A stretch of 25,906 nucleotides of DNA from positions 1-25,906 of the forward strand of contig CAXGWI010000036.1 of the NCBI GenBank assembly GCA_964013405.1. Direction: 5' to 3'. Shown here one piece after another: positions 14,578 through 24,600 of this stretch. The position numbers and the translations under genes are program-made. A model generated the notes under the pieces. It searched no databases and had not been told where the DNA came from. It worked only from the letters and a program-made list of their open reading frames with translations. Source of the stretch: an uncultured Myxococcales bacterium. Lineage in GTDB: Bacteria; Myxococcota; UBA4151. Position 1 is the stretch's first letter, and each line of letters opens with the position of its first letter.

Positions 14578-17508
14578 GTGCCCCTCCTCCTCGCCATCTG
14601 CTTCTTCGCCTCCGGCGCAACAGGCCTCGTTTTTGAGGTGATCTGGTCCAGACTTCTTGGCCAAGTCTTCGGCGCCACAACCCCGGCGGTGGCGACCACG
14701 TTGTCCTGCTTTATGGGTGGGCTCGCCATCGGGGCCCACCTGATCGGCAAGGTGATGCACCGCATCAAAAGGCCAGCGCTCTGGTATGCCGGCTTTGAAG
14801 CGTGCATCGGCCTCTACGCATTGGCGATCCCGACCCTGTTGGATCTGGCCATCACCGTCCAGCGAACGGCCTGGCCCGCCGATGACAGCCGCTTCATCGT
14901 CTACTCCCTCGTACGCCTCGCTGTGGTGGCAGCGATTCTGCTGCCGCCCTCGGCCTTTATGGGCGCAACACTTCCTCTCTTGGCTGAAGCGATCGCCCGC
15001 TCGGGCTGGGGTCCGGGCAAAACCGTCGGCATGCTCTACGGGCTCAACACCCTCGGCGCCGTTGTGGGCGCCGGCGCTGTCGGCTTCTTCCTCTTGCCCT
15101 GGCTCGGTCTCAATCTGACCAACCAACTCGCCGCTGGAACCGACATCGTTCTGGCCGCACTCCTCGTCGCGCTTCTACCAAAGTTTGGCCAGGATTCGTC
15201 GGCCTCCGAAGCACCACCGCTTGAAGTGGAGGCACCGGTCCCGCAAGAAGACGAGCCATCGGGCATCCTCGGCGGTCGGGCCCGCTTACTCATTGCGGTC
15301 GTCGCCGTCTCCGGCGGAATCTCCATGGCCTTACAGGTCCTTTGGACCCGCGGCCTCTCCATGGTCCTGGGCGCATCCACCTACGCATTTACCACCATCT
15401 TGGTCGTGTTCCTCACCGGCCTTGCAGTGGGCTCTGCTGTGGCAAGTTTGACGGCGGATCGAGACCCTGCGCCGACCCGGCGGCTGGGTATCCTTCTCGT
15501 CCTCGCCGGCATCTTTGGGTTCATGGGGACGCGGGCGATCGATCAAATGCCCCATTGGCTCCAAAGTTTCGTCGTGGACCCAGAACTCACGACCCTCGGC
15601 TTAAACACGGTCCATCTCAGTTTCTGCAGTCTCACCATGTTGCCCGCGACCCTTCTGCTCGGTGCGGTCTTTCCCTATGTCGTGCGCGGCCTCCGGCCCG
15701 ACGCAGGCCTGGGCGCGACCGTCGGCGAGGCCTACGCCGCCAACACCATTGGGGCCATCGTCGGCTCCGCCGGGGCCGGCTTTGTTGTGATTCCCCTTGT
15801 CGGCATCTACACGGGCCTGTGCCTGGGTCACACCTTGCACATACTCCTCGGCGTCCTATTGATCGTCCGGGAACAAGCCTCCGGGACCACGCGGGAATCT
15901 CGCCTCTCCCACGGCTTTCTCGCCCTGGCTTTGGCCGGTCTGATCTGGCTGGTGCCGCCCTGGGACGTCTCTCGCTGGAGCCTGGGGATGTTCCGGGTCT
16001 CCGTCGCCCGTGTTTTCGGCGATGAGGCTGCGCAAATCTTCGGCCGTCTACTGTATCACCGCGATGGCCTCGCAACCACGGTCACCGTGGAACGCAGTGA
16101 CGATGTCACCCTCTTGAAAGTGAACGGGAAAGTGGACGCGTCAAGTCACGGCGATATGCCAACCCAGGTTCTCAGTGGCCTCCTCCCCCTGGTCCTTCAT
16201 GGTCAAGCAGAGCAGGTGGCTATCATCGGCTGGGGCAGCGGGGTCACGGCCGGCGCAACCCTGTCGATGCCTGTCAAACGGGTGAAGATGATCGAGATTG
16301 AAGAAGCCGTGGTTGAAGCGGGTCGCTTCTTTGCTGATGTGAATCGCTCCCCAGAAACCGATGCGCGCATGCAAATCATCTACGACGACGGACGTAACGT
16401 CATGCACAGCAGCGATGAAACCTTCGACGTCATTATTAGTGAGCCGAGTAATCCCTGGATGTCCGGCGCTGCTGCTCTCTTCACCGAGGAGTTCTTTCAG
16501 GTCTTAAAAAGTCGGCTCAAACCCGGTGGTGTTAGCCTCCAGTGGATTCAACTCTATGAACTGAGCCCAAAGGCGATCAAAGCCCTGCTCCGAACCTACG
16601 CCTCAGTCTTCGAGGAAATTCTCGTCTTTTCGGCCCATCCGACCAGCAATGATATCTTTCTGGTCGGCTCCTCCAAGGAACTTAAACTCAACCGTGACCA
16701 TCTACTGACGGCCATGTCGTCGCCGGATCGGATGACCTGGTTTCAAGCGGCCAAACTCCCGGAACCCGTGGACTTATTACCTCGACTGATCTTCGGGCGG
16801 GACGAGATCATGGCCTGGGTTGGGGATGGCCCACTCAACACCGATGACAACGGATTGGTTGAGTTCCTGGGCCCGGTCGACCTCCTTCATTACGCCGACA
16901 GCAGCGCTGAACTCCCCTTTCTCGACATCCTCGATGGACGCCGCCAGGCGATGGTCGAAAAGTACACCCGAGGATGGGCGTCCGGTGGCCGATCCATGGC
17001 CTGGGGAATGGCCCGGGCCGGGCGCTACGAAGATGCACGATCGATGGTTGCAGGCGGGGAAGACCCAGATCTGATTTGGGTCCTCGACCGTATGGAGGAG
17101 TCGGCCAAGGTGTCGATCTTGGATGAAGGGCTGAGCGAAACAGATCCCGACTATCGCCGGGTCGCCGAAGCCATGCTCTACGAGGGGCCGGAAGCCGCTG
17201 AGCAATTGCTTATGGACGAGGAGGGCTTGGCAAACCGCTCCCCCGGCCACCAACTGCTCGCCGGCTACATCGAGTTTCATATGGAAGACCTCTCCGCGGC
17301 CATCACACTGCTGCAGCGGGCGGCCCGCGACCAAGCCTATCGAGAAGGGATGCCAGCGGTGGACTACTACCTGGCCCGGGCGTTGGTGGAATGGGGCGAA
17401 CCGGCGGAAGGCTTAGAAGTCATGCTTCGCCTTGGACGGCGCCTGCAGCGCGCAGGCCAGCGGGATCAGGGCAACTGGATGCGAGGGTCCTCGCCCCGCG
17501 GCCGGTAG
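14578..17508 (+). CDS. Fused multi-pass membrane / spermidine-synthase-like SAM-dependent transferase with C-terminal TPR-like helices
   Basis: FFASGATGLVFEVIWSR, MGATLP and LYGLNTLGA motifs duplicated in two membrane halves; IIGWGSGVT; IEIEEAV; DDGRN; FDVIISEPSNPW; NTDDN; TPR-like tail (YYLARAL). Confidence 0.88.
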   Translation: MPLLLAICFFASGATGLVFEVIWSRLLGQVFGATTPAVATTLSCFMGGLAIGAHLIGKVMHRIKRPALWYAGFEACIGLYALAIPTLLDLAITVQRTAWPADDSRFIVYSLVRLAVVAAILLPPSAFMGATLPLLAEAIARSGWGPGKTVGMLYGLNTLGAVVGAGAVGFFLLPWLGLNLTNQLAAGTDIVLAALLVALLPKFGQDSSASEAPPLEVEAPVPQEDEPSGILGGRARLLIAVVAVSGGISMALQVLWTRGLSMVLGASTYAFTTILVVFLTGLAVGSAVASLTADRDPAPTRRLGILLVLAGIFGFMGTRAIDQMPHWLQSFVVDPELTTLGLNTVHLSFCSLTMLPATLLLGAVFPYVVRGLRPDAGLGATVGEAYAANTIGAIVGSAGAGFVVIPLVGIYTGLCLGHTLHILLGVLLIVREQASGTTRESRLSHGFLALALAGLIWLVPPWDVSRWSLGMFRVSVARVFGDEAAQIFGRLLYHRDGLATTVTVERSDDVTLLKVNGKVDASSHGDMPTQVLSGLLPLVLHGQAEQVAIIGWGSGVTAGATLSMPVKRVKMIEIEEAVVEAGRFFADVNRSPETDARMQIIYDDGRNVMHSSDETFDVIISEPSNPWMSGAAALFTEEFFQVLKSRLKPGGVSLQWIQLYELSPKAIKALLRTYASVFEEILVFSAHPTSNDIFLVGSSKELKLNRDHLLTAMSSPDRMTWFQAAKLPEPVDLLPRLIFGRDEIMAWVGDGPLNTDDNGLVEFLGPVDLLHYADSSAELPFLDILDGRRQAMVEKYTRGWASGGRSMAWGMARAGRYEDARSMVAGGEDPDLIWVLDRMEESAKVSILDEGLSETDPDYRRVAEAMLYEGPEAAEQLLMDEEGLANRSPGHQLLAGYIEFHMEDLSAAITLLQRAARDQAYREGMPAVDYYLARALVEWGEPAEGLEVMLRLGRRLQRAGQRDQGNWMRGSSPRGR

Positions 17509-17759
17509 AGAATCCAAACTCGCCCGATCACGGCGACCGCCTCACTAGCCGTCCGTTGCGCGAGGGTCCCAATCGCTTCCTTTCGGTCGATGCCGGTCTC
17601 TTTGCCCACCTTCACCTTGATCAACTCGTGGGCCTCAAGAGCCACATCGGTCGCTTGACACACGGCGTCTGTGAGCCCGTTGGCACCCACCTGTACAGAT
17701 GGTGAGAGCCCGTGGGCCAGCCCCCGCAGGTAGCGGCGTTGTTTGGGTAAAAGACTCAT
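17466..17759 (-). CDS. yhbY: Ribosome-assembly RNA-binding protein YhbY (CRM domain)
   Basis: Motifs KQRRYLRGLAHGL, VQVGANGLT, ALEAHELIKVKV and IGRVWILYR; 97 aa. Confidence 0.92.
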   Translation of the reverse strand: MSLLPKQRRYLRGLAHGLSPSVQVGANGLTDAVCQATDVALEAHELIKVKVGKETGIDRKEAIGTLAQRTASEAVAVIGRVWILYRPRGEDPRIQLP

Positions 17760-19273
17760 CCGTCGGCAAGCCGGCGGGCTTGGCCGAGAAAGACTTTCGC
17801 GAGTTTCTCGTTATCGGCTCGCGCATAAATACGAGAGAGCAGGAGGGGTGCCACAAAGTCCTCTTGGTGTTCTTGGCTATAGGTCTGAATCTCGGCCAAA
17901 GCTCGATTCATCGCGCCGCCCGGATCGTGACTTCCCGGATCCAAAGTCTCTAGGTAGCGCTCGATGATCACCTGCCGCTGCTCAGAGAATCCACTGTCCC
18001 GTAGTTTATCTCGTGCACTGAGAACGTGGTGCTTCCGCATGAGTTCAAGGATCTCATGGAGAATGGCCATCGCATCCTGGTCGGTCGCCGCCGAGTCATC
18101 TTCCGGCGGCTGCTCCTGGGCTGGTTCCTCAGCCTCCCAGATGGGATCGGGCAAGCCCTCTTCGACGCTCGGCTCCTCGACTTCATCCTGCTCTCGCAGG
18201 GCCGGCCTGTCTTGGGTTCCAGGCATGGCGTCGCGAACCCCGGTGGACTGGGTCCAGCGATCCCGCCCCGTGCCTGCCCTCGGTCGGGCATCAGGGCTGG
18301 GCAGGGGCTCGATCACCCGAGTTGTCGGCGGCTTGATCCGCTGACCGGGCATACGAGGTGGGGCGGACAGAGGCGGCGCAGAGACCGGCGGGAAGGGTGA
18401 TGGCGCGGCGACCGGTTCGGCCGGCATACTCGCCGCCAGGGGTGGCGGCGGTGCGGATGCTGGGCTTGGGGGCCTGGCGGGCGCCGAGGCACCGGGAGGC
18501 CGAATCCGAGGCATCCCGCTCAGCGTCCCCATTCCGATCGGTGCCGAGGTCTGGACCGCAGGACTGGGGGCAGGGGCCGATTCGGATACGAGGAGACCAG
18601 CCCCCCACATGACGACAAAGGCTGCCATACCCGCCGGGTCCCCCTCGGGAGCCGTCAAGCCGCCAATACCCGGCCCGGCCGCATGCAGTTGCTGGGCCAA
18701 GCCTTCCGGCAAGCCCAAATCCTCCAATGATGGCTCCATCAAATCAGTCCGACGGAAAGGAGGACCGATGGTCTGAAGGACCTCGTCGAGTTCGGAGCCC
18801 GTCAGGGCAGCCAAGGCATGGAAAGGCAATTCAAGGCACGAGAAACCCAAATCCTGGCCGGCATCACTCACCTCGTCGCTCACCTGCAACGACTCACCAC
18901 TTTGCAGGACGGCGCAGAAACGCTCCAGAAGGTGAGACGCCCGGGCATCGCGGGAGGCATCGACGCCCAACAAGTGGTCTACCGAAGTCCAAGGTCCCGC
19001 ATCGCCAGCCTCGGTCCCGGCCCACTCGAGCAGCCGAGCCTCTCGATCGCTGATCAACCCCTGATCTACCAGTTGAGGAATCAAGCTCTCTTGGCTGGCA
19101 CCACAGGCAAACCCCACCACTCGTCCCGACCGAATGTGTAGCGTGCTGGCCCCGATTCTGAGGCAGCCCGACTTGCCGGGGATGGCAAACGCAAAATAAT
19201 CGGATAAGAGTTTGTTCACACACTCCTCGATTGGCCTTCGTGCCCGGGGCGTGCGCGACTTTAACACTCCCAT
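17756..19273 (-). CDS. Hypothetical protein: DUF4388-like N-terminal domain, Pro-rich linker, helical/TPR-like C-terminus
   Basis: SGCLRI..LHIRSGRVV..LVDQGLIS resembles the myxobacterial DUF4388 pattern. ATGA overlap with yhbY. Start is uncertain: ATG 19273 (GGAG SD) or GTG 19219. Confidence 0.6.
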   Translation of the reverse strand: MGVLKSRTPRARRPIEECVNKLLSDYFAFAIPGKSGCLRIGASTLHIRSGRVVGFACGASQESLIPQLVDQGLISDREARLLEWAGTEAGDAGPWTSVDHLLGVDASRDARASHLLERFCAVLQSGESLQVSDEVSDAGQDLGFSCLELPFHALAALTGSELDEVLQTIGPPFRRTDLMEPSLEDLGLPEGLAQQLHAAGPGIGGLTAPEGDPAGMAAFVVMWGAGLLVSESAPAPSPAVQTSAPIGMGTLSGMPRIRPPGASAPARPPSPASAPPPPLAASMPAEPVAAPSPFPPVSAPPLSAPPRMPGQRIKPPTTRVIEPLPSPDARPRAGTGRDRWTQSTGVRDAMPGTQDRPALREQDEVEEPSVEEGLPDPIWEAEEPAQEQPPEDDSAATDQDAMAILHEILELMRKHHVLSARDKLRDSGFSEQRQVIIERYLETLDPGSHDPGGAMNRALAEIQTYSQEHQEDFVAPLLLSRIYARADNEKLAKVFLGQARRLADG

Positions 19274-19292
19274 GGCGGCTCCGCTAATATTA
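19261..19292 (+). promoter_or_regulatory. Putative promoter TTAACA-N18-TAATAT with palindromic -10 (TAATATTA) between divergent genes
   Basis: TTAACA at 19261-19266; TAATATTA at 19285-19292, an AT-rich spot in GC-rich DNA. Confidence 0.4.
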
Positions 19293-19310
19293 CGATGGAG
19301 GGAAATCAAC

Positions 19311-20666
19311 GTGGCATTTCTGCTTGCCCAGGGGGCAACCGATATCGGACAGCGCCGCGAGCACAACGAAGACCGCATCTTTTGCGACCCGAATATGGGG
19401 CTCTTCGTCGTCTGCGACGGTATGGGTGGTCACGCAGCGGGAGAGGTTGCTGCGGAAATGGTGGTGGAGTCGATCGTCCATCATCTTGAGGAATGCCTCA
19501 GCGAGCTTCCTGATCACCTCGACGAAGAAGATGCTGCAAACCAGCTTGGAAATGCCCTGGAGCAGGGCATCATGGCCGGCAATGCAGCGGTCCACGCCCG
19601 AGGCCAGGCCGAAGGGCATCAAGGTGGCATTGGCACCACCTGTACCGCCTTGGTCGTTCACGGCCGACGAGCATGTCTGGGTCATGTGGGGGACTCACGC
19701 TGTTATCTGGTGCGGGATGAGAAGCTCTATCAATTGAGCCAAGACCACAGTTGGGTTGCGGAAATGGTTCGGACCGGCCGCATGACGGTGGAGGAAGCTG
19801 AGCGCAGCCCCCAGCGAAACCTTCTCGTCCGTAGTGTCGGCCCTCAACCCGTCGTCAAAGTGGACAGGCTGTCGATCGACCTGGTGGCCCATGACACCCT
19901 ACTGCTTTGTTCCGATGGCCTTCACAGTTACTTTTCGTCGCCTAGCGAGTTGGTGGAACTCCTGGAGCGGGGCGATGTCTCCCGACTCCCCGAAGAACTC
20001 ATCGGACTGGGCAACAGCCGTGGGGGCCATGACAACCTAAGTGCCGTTTTGGTACGCATGCCTTCAGCTGATGACCTCCCCCCCAGCGACCGAGACCCTC
20101 GCGTCGAGTTGGCCTTTCTTGGCAGCCTGGACCTCTTCTCAGAAATGGGGTTGCCCGAACTCGTTCGGGTGCGATCGATCTGTAGTCACGTGACTTTCGA
20201 GGCCGACGAGCCCATCTGCCGGGAGGGTGCGGTGGGCGACAGCATGTATGTGCTCCTGAGTGGTTCGGCGAATGTGCTCTCGAACGGCCAGGTCCTGACC
20301 GATCTATCGCCCGGCGATCATGTCGGCGAAATGAGTCTCGTTGACGCACGCCCCCGATCGGCCACGGTCATCAGTCATGGAGAAAGCCGCTGGCTACGTA
20401 TTGCGAGGGGCGAGATCTTCCGAGTGGTCCGGCAAGAACCAGAGTTAGCGGTCAAGCTGCTGTGGAACTTCGTGCGCGTGCTGTCGTCCCGATTGCGGGA
20501 CACGAATGCGGCCCTGCAAACTGGCCGGGGCTTACGACCCCTGGCCGGCGAGAGTCTATCCAGTGTGGTGGGCGAGGCTTCAGACAGCTTCGAGGTCGAG
20601 TTCAGCATCGACGAGCAGCACGCCGGTTTCGAAGTCGAGATTGATGAGGATCCAGAGGACTATTGA
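19311..20666 (+). CDS. PP2C/PPM Ser/Thr phosphatase fused to a cyclic-nucleotide-binding domain, with acidic tail
   Basis: PP2C motifs RREHNED, VCDGMGGH, GTT, HVGDSR, DHS, CSDGL and GGHDN; cNMP cassette GEMSLVDARPRSATV. Start GTG 19311 after SD GGAGGG. Confidence 0.92.
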   Translation: MAFLLAQGATDIGQRREHNEDRIFCDPNMGLFVVCDGMGGHAAGEVAAEMVVESIVHHLEECLSELPDHLDEEDAANQLGNALEQGIMAGNAAVHARGQAEGHQGGIGTTCTALVVHGRRACLGHVGDSRCYLVRDEKLYQLSQDHSWVAEMVRTGRMTVEEAERSPQRNLLVRSVGPQPVVKVDRLSIDLVAHDTLLLCSDGLHSYFSSPSELVELLERGDVSRLPEELIGLGNSRGGHDNLSAVLVRMPSADDLPPSDRDPRVELAFLGSLDLFSEMGLPELVRVRSICSHVTFEADEPICREGAVGDSMYVLLSGSANVLSNGQVLTDLSPGDHVGEMSLVDARPRSATVISHGESRWLRIARGEIFRVVRQEPELAVKLLWNFVRVLSSRLRDTNAALQTGRGLRPLAGESLSSVVGEASDSFEVEFSIDEQHAGFEVEIDEDPEDY

Positions 20667-21589
20667 ACGCGCACTGGGAGGACGATGAGGAAGCGACCCG
20701 TGTCGCACCTGCGGACGTTGACCTGCTCGCCAGGCACGACGAAGGGCCGATCTCCATCGTCCAGATTTACGGCCCTGAGATCGGGCGCCTCATCGATCTC
20801 GACACCGACGGCATCGTTCTCGGCCGAGGCATCGACTGCGATATCCTGATCAACAGCGACACCGTCAGTCGGCAGCATGCCGAGCTCCGATGGGTAGGGA
20901 GCACCATCACGGTTCAAGATCGGGACAGCTTGAACGGCACCTACGTGGACGAACGCCGGGTGCGTGGACCCACACCACTTGAGGGCGGCCAGAGCCTCCG
21001 CCTGGGTGGCGTCATCTTTAAGGTGTTGCGTGGCGCTGATCTCGAGCGCCGCTACCATGAAGAAATTTACCGGATGGCCATCATCGATGGTCTCACAGCC
21101 ATCCACAACAAGCGTTACTTTGTGGACTTTCTTGACCGGGAGCATGGGCGAGCCATTCGACATGATCGGCCCCTCTCCATGATTCTTTTCGATGTGGACA
21201 GCTTCAAGGCGCTGAACGACAAATTCGGTCATATCAACGGTGACCGTGTCCTCGAGCAAATGGCCTCCCGGGTGCGAGGCTTTGTTCGAAGGGACGAATG
21301 CTTCGCTCGCTATGGAGGCGAAGAGTTCGCTCTGATTTTGCCCGAGTCACCGGAAGAGGGGGCCGTCGCCCTTGCCGAGAAGATCCGAGCCGCTGTGGAG
21401 GAGTCACCATTCCGGCTTGAGGATGATCAAGATGTGCAGGTGACCGTAAGCCTCGGTGTGGCGACACTGCGGGAGAACGAGACGGTCCAGGGCCTTGTAT
21501 CCCGGACCGATGACGCCCTGTATGATGCTAAGAACGCCGGCAGAAATTGTACCCGAACGTGGGGCAACGCTGGTGATGCTCCCCCTTGA
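20663..21589 (+). CDS. FHA-domain diguanylate cyclase (FHA-GGDEF)
   Basis: FHA motifs LGR, SRQHA and SLNGT; GGDEF motifs DGLT, DVDSFKALNDKFGH..GD, RYGGEEF and ALYDAKNAGRN. TTG start overlaps the upstream stop (TTGA). Confidence 0.93.
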   Translation: MNAHWEDDEEATRVAPADVDLLARHDEGPISIVQIYGPEIGRLIDLDTDGIVLGRGIDCDILINSDTVSRQHAELRWVGSTITVQDRDSLNGTYVDERRVRGPTPLEGGQSLRLGGVIFKVLRGADLERRYHEEIYRMAIIDGLTAIHNKRYFVDFLDREHGRAIRHDRPLSMILFDVDSFKALNDKFGHINGDRVLEQMASRVRGFVRRDECFARYGGEEFALILPESPEEGAVALAEKIRAAVEESPFRLEDDQDVQVTVSLGVATLRENETVQGLVSRTDDALYDAKNAGRNCTRTWGNAGDAPP

Positions 21590-21666
21590 GCCGGTATAGG
21601 GCATCCGGCGGAGCATCGCTCTCGTTTCAAGGGCGATAAACTCAGGGACCAAAAAAGGGGGGTCGT

Positions 21667-24600
21667 ATGCCTCGCATCCCAGGTGGCAGAAATAACGGCG
21701 GCAGCAACGAGACGCCGACCGTGACTGAGCGGGAGCGCACTCGCTCTCGAACCGGTGACGACCGTGACAAGGCCAAGTACGATAACGGCCGAGTTCGTTA
21801 CGACTGGGATGTCTACACGGACCCACAGGGGGACCATCGGGGTAAAGTCGGCCTGGGCCACCGGGACGAGAAGAACGACATCTACGGCTCCATCGAGTTC
21901 AACGAACGAACGGATCGCCTCAAAGGCACCGTCGAAGCCGAACGCGAGATCAATGAAAACCTAGATGTGCGTGGTGCACTCGGCCGCGACAACGACGGCT
22001 ATCATAGCGGCCGTCTCGGCGGCCGGGCCAGCGGCGAAGATGGCTGGGTCGACCTGCAGATGGATTTCAACGAAAAGACCGATCGTCTCGATGGACGGCT
22101 GAAGTCCCGTTACAAGGTCTCAGACGATACCACGGCCCGGGTCGAGTACACGGCGCGCAATAACAAGGCCGACAGTTGGGAAGTGGGTGCCAAGCACCGG
22201 ACTGGCCCCGGCGACTATGTGGATGGCGAAGTCGGCAGGGGTTCGACCATGGGTGGCTACGGTGCTGGCCGCTGGGTCCGCAAGGATGACGGTGAGCTGC
22301 TGGATGACCACTGGGTCCGTTACAGCGAGAAGAAGGGCCTCGAGATCAAATCGAAGGCCCACCGAGAAGGCGAAAACTGGGAGGCAGACCACTCGCTGAC
22401 CCGCAACAAGGGTGTGACCAAGCACAAGTTCAGCGCCGAGCACGAAGGGGAAGACGCCAAGCATACAATCCGCACGAACTTCGAGCACGACGCCAAAAAC
22501 CGCACCGCCGGGGACGTCACGGTCGGCCGGCAAGGCGAAGATTACGACGCGGCTTTGCGCCTGCGTAAAGACAAGAGCGGACTCAAGAAGGCCCGCCTCA
22601 CTGGCTCGAAAGACATCTCGGACGACACAACCCTCGCTGGACGAATCGACATCGACGACAAGGGACGGTGGAAAGCCGGTGGTACGGTCGACCATGAAAT
22701 TAACGACGACCTCAGGGTCCGGGAAGGGATCGCTGTCGACCACAAAGGCGTGGTCTCCCACGAGCACGGTGCTCAGATTGATTTCGCTGATGACAAGGGC
22801 GTGGTCGACGCCAGTATGACCCACAGCAGTGACGGCGCCCACCACGAGCGCGTCACGGTCGGCTACAATACAGAATCCGGGGGTCGCCACAGCGGCTCGG
22901 TTGAACACCGAGAGACAGCCACAGGTCGAACCACCAACAGGGCCGAGTATCGCTACAGTAATCCGGAGGGTCGACGGGTCCGGGCCGACATCGGCAAAAC
23001 CGAAGAGAACCGCTTCCTTGGGGTTGGTGTCTCCAATCGGGTCGATGCCCGCACCACCGAGCGGTTCGATGTGGACTGGAGCGACGATCGAGGGCTGGAG
23101 GGAAGCGGTGGCATCCGCCGGGATATCAACCATGACACCCATATCGAGGGCCGACTGAGTGGCTCCCTGAGGGATCGAGACATTCGGGCGGACGTCAGCG
23201 TTGGGCACGAATTCGACGAAGATGTGAGCATGGATGCGGGCCTGAGCTTCGCCCGACGAGATGGCAAGATCGCCGGTAACGTCAGTGTCACCGATGCGAT
23301 GGGCGACGATGATCTTGGCGCCAGCCTGCGATTGGGTGCTGGACGAACCGACCGGCACGTCCACGCCGAAGCCGGTGGTGACGTCAGCTTCGGTAACGTC
23401 TTCGGCGCCAGCACCGGCAATATCGGTGGCGATGTAGGAATCAAGGTCACCAAACGGGTGGCTGTGAAGACTGGCCGCGGGGAAGCAGGCAAGCTGCGGG
23501 AAGAGATGCTTGCCGAGCAACCCGAGGGCGCCGGCTATGTTCGCTACGGTATCAAGGGCAAAGCCAGTGGCAAGGCAGGGATCTCGTTACCCCTGGGCCC
23601 TGGCTACGTCGAAACTGGCTTGAAGGCCGGCAAGACCTACGCTGTCGAATTCACCCGCCTTGACGAGAATCCCGACCTAGGCCGCCACCCCACTCGTGCC
23701 GAACTGGCCATTCCAGGCACTGCCGACGAACTGTTGGCCTTGAAGGCCGGCGAGGCTGTCGCCATTTCCGGTGAGACGACCCACGCCTACATGGCCGGTG
23801 GTGGCTTTGGTGCAGCCATGGGTGCCGTCGGCATCGGCGAAGCGGGCATCAAAGCGGGGGCGGACGCCACCTATGCGATCACCGGAAAGACCCGGACTGA
23901 AGTCCTCCGTGGCGGTGATAGTTCAGCCCGCATGACGCTCCGTGCCAGCGATATGCATACCAAAGACGCAGGCCTTAAGGTGAAGGTGGGGATCACCCCG
24001 AACCTGCCCGATCTCGGCGCCGACGTAGGTCCCGTCGGGGACGTGGCGACAGGCATTGCGAAGGGTGTCCTTAGCCAATGGATGAGCGTCGGGGTTCGCA
24101 AGTCGACCGAGAAGGGCGAAGGGGACAACCGCCTTATGGATGTCCGCCTAGACCTGTCCGATGATGAGGCGAAAACCGCCTACGACGCGGCCATGAAGGG
24201 TGACTGGAGCGCGATCAAAGCAATGCACGATGCCGGTCACCCCGCCGTGAAACTCGAAAAGACGATTCTCACGGACATTCACGAAAAAGCTACACCGCTC
24301 GTCGTCCATGGCCTGGGCATGAGCTACGTTTCAGAAAACCGTGAGGTGAAAAAAGACTCACAAGTCGAAGTTGGGGACCGCCAGTTCAATGTCGAAAGCG
24401 ACAAGGATAGTAACACCCGGGCAAAGGATGGCTGGTTCCTCGACACCAAAGTCGAAGTCTCTGACTACAGCCGCACGGTCCGCCCCGAAGAAGGCAGCGA
24501 CTTGGGTCGAGTGAAAGGGGAGGAGCGCTACCTCTCATGGAGCCGCTCCCGAACCGATAGTTTCAGCAGTAAAGACGAAGTTCTCGAGCAGTTAGGTCTC

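Noticed and set aside
22120..23520. 466-aa antisense ORF inside the 1188-aa gene
   Set aside because: It mirrors the sense codons, as expected from GC3 bias, and shows no recognisable motifs.
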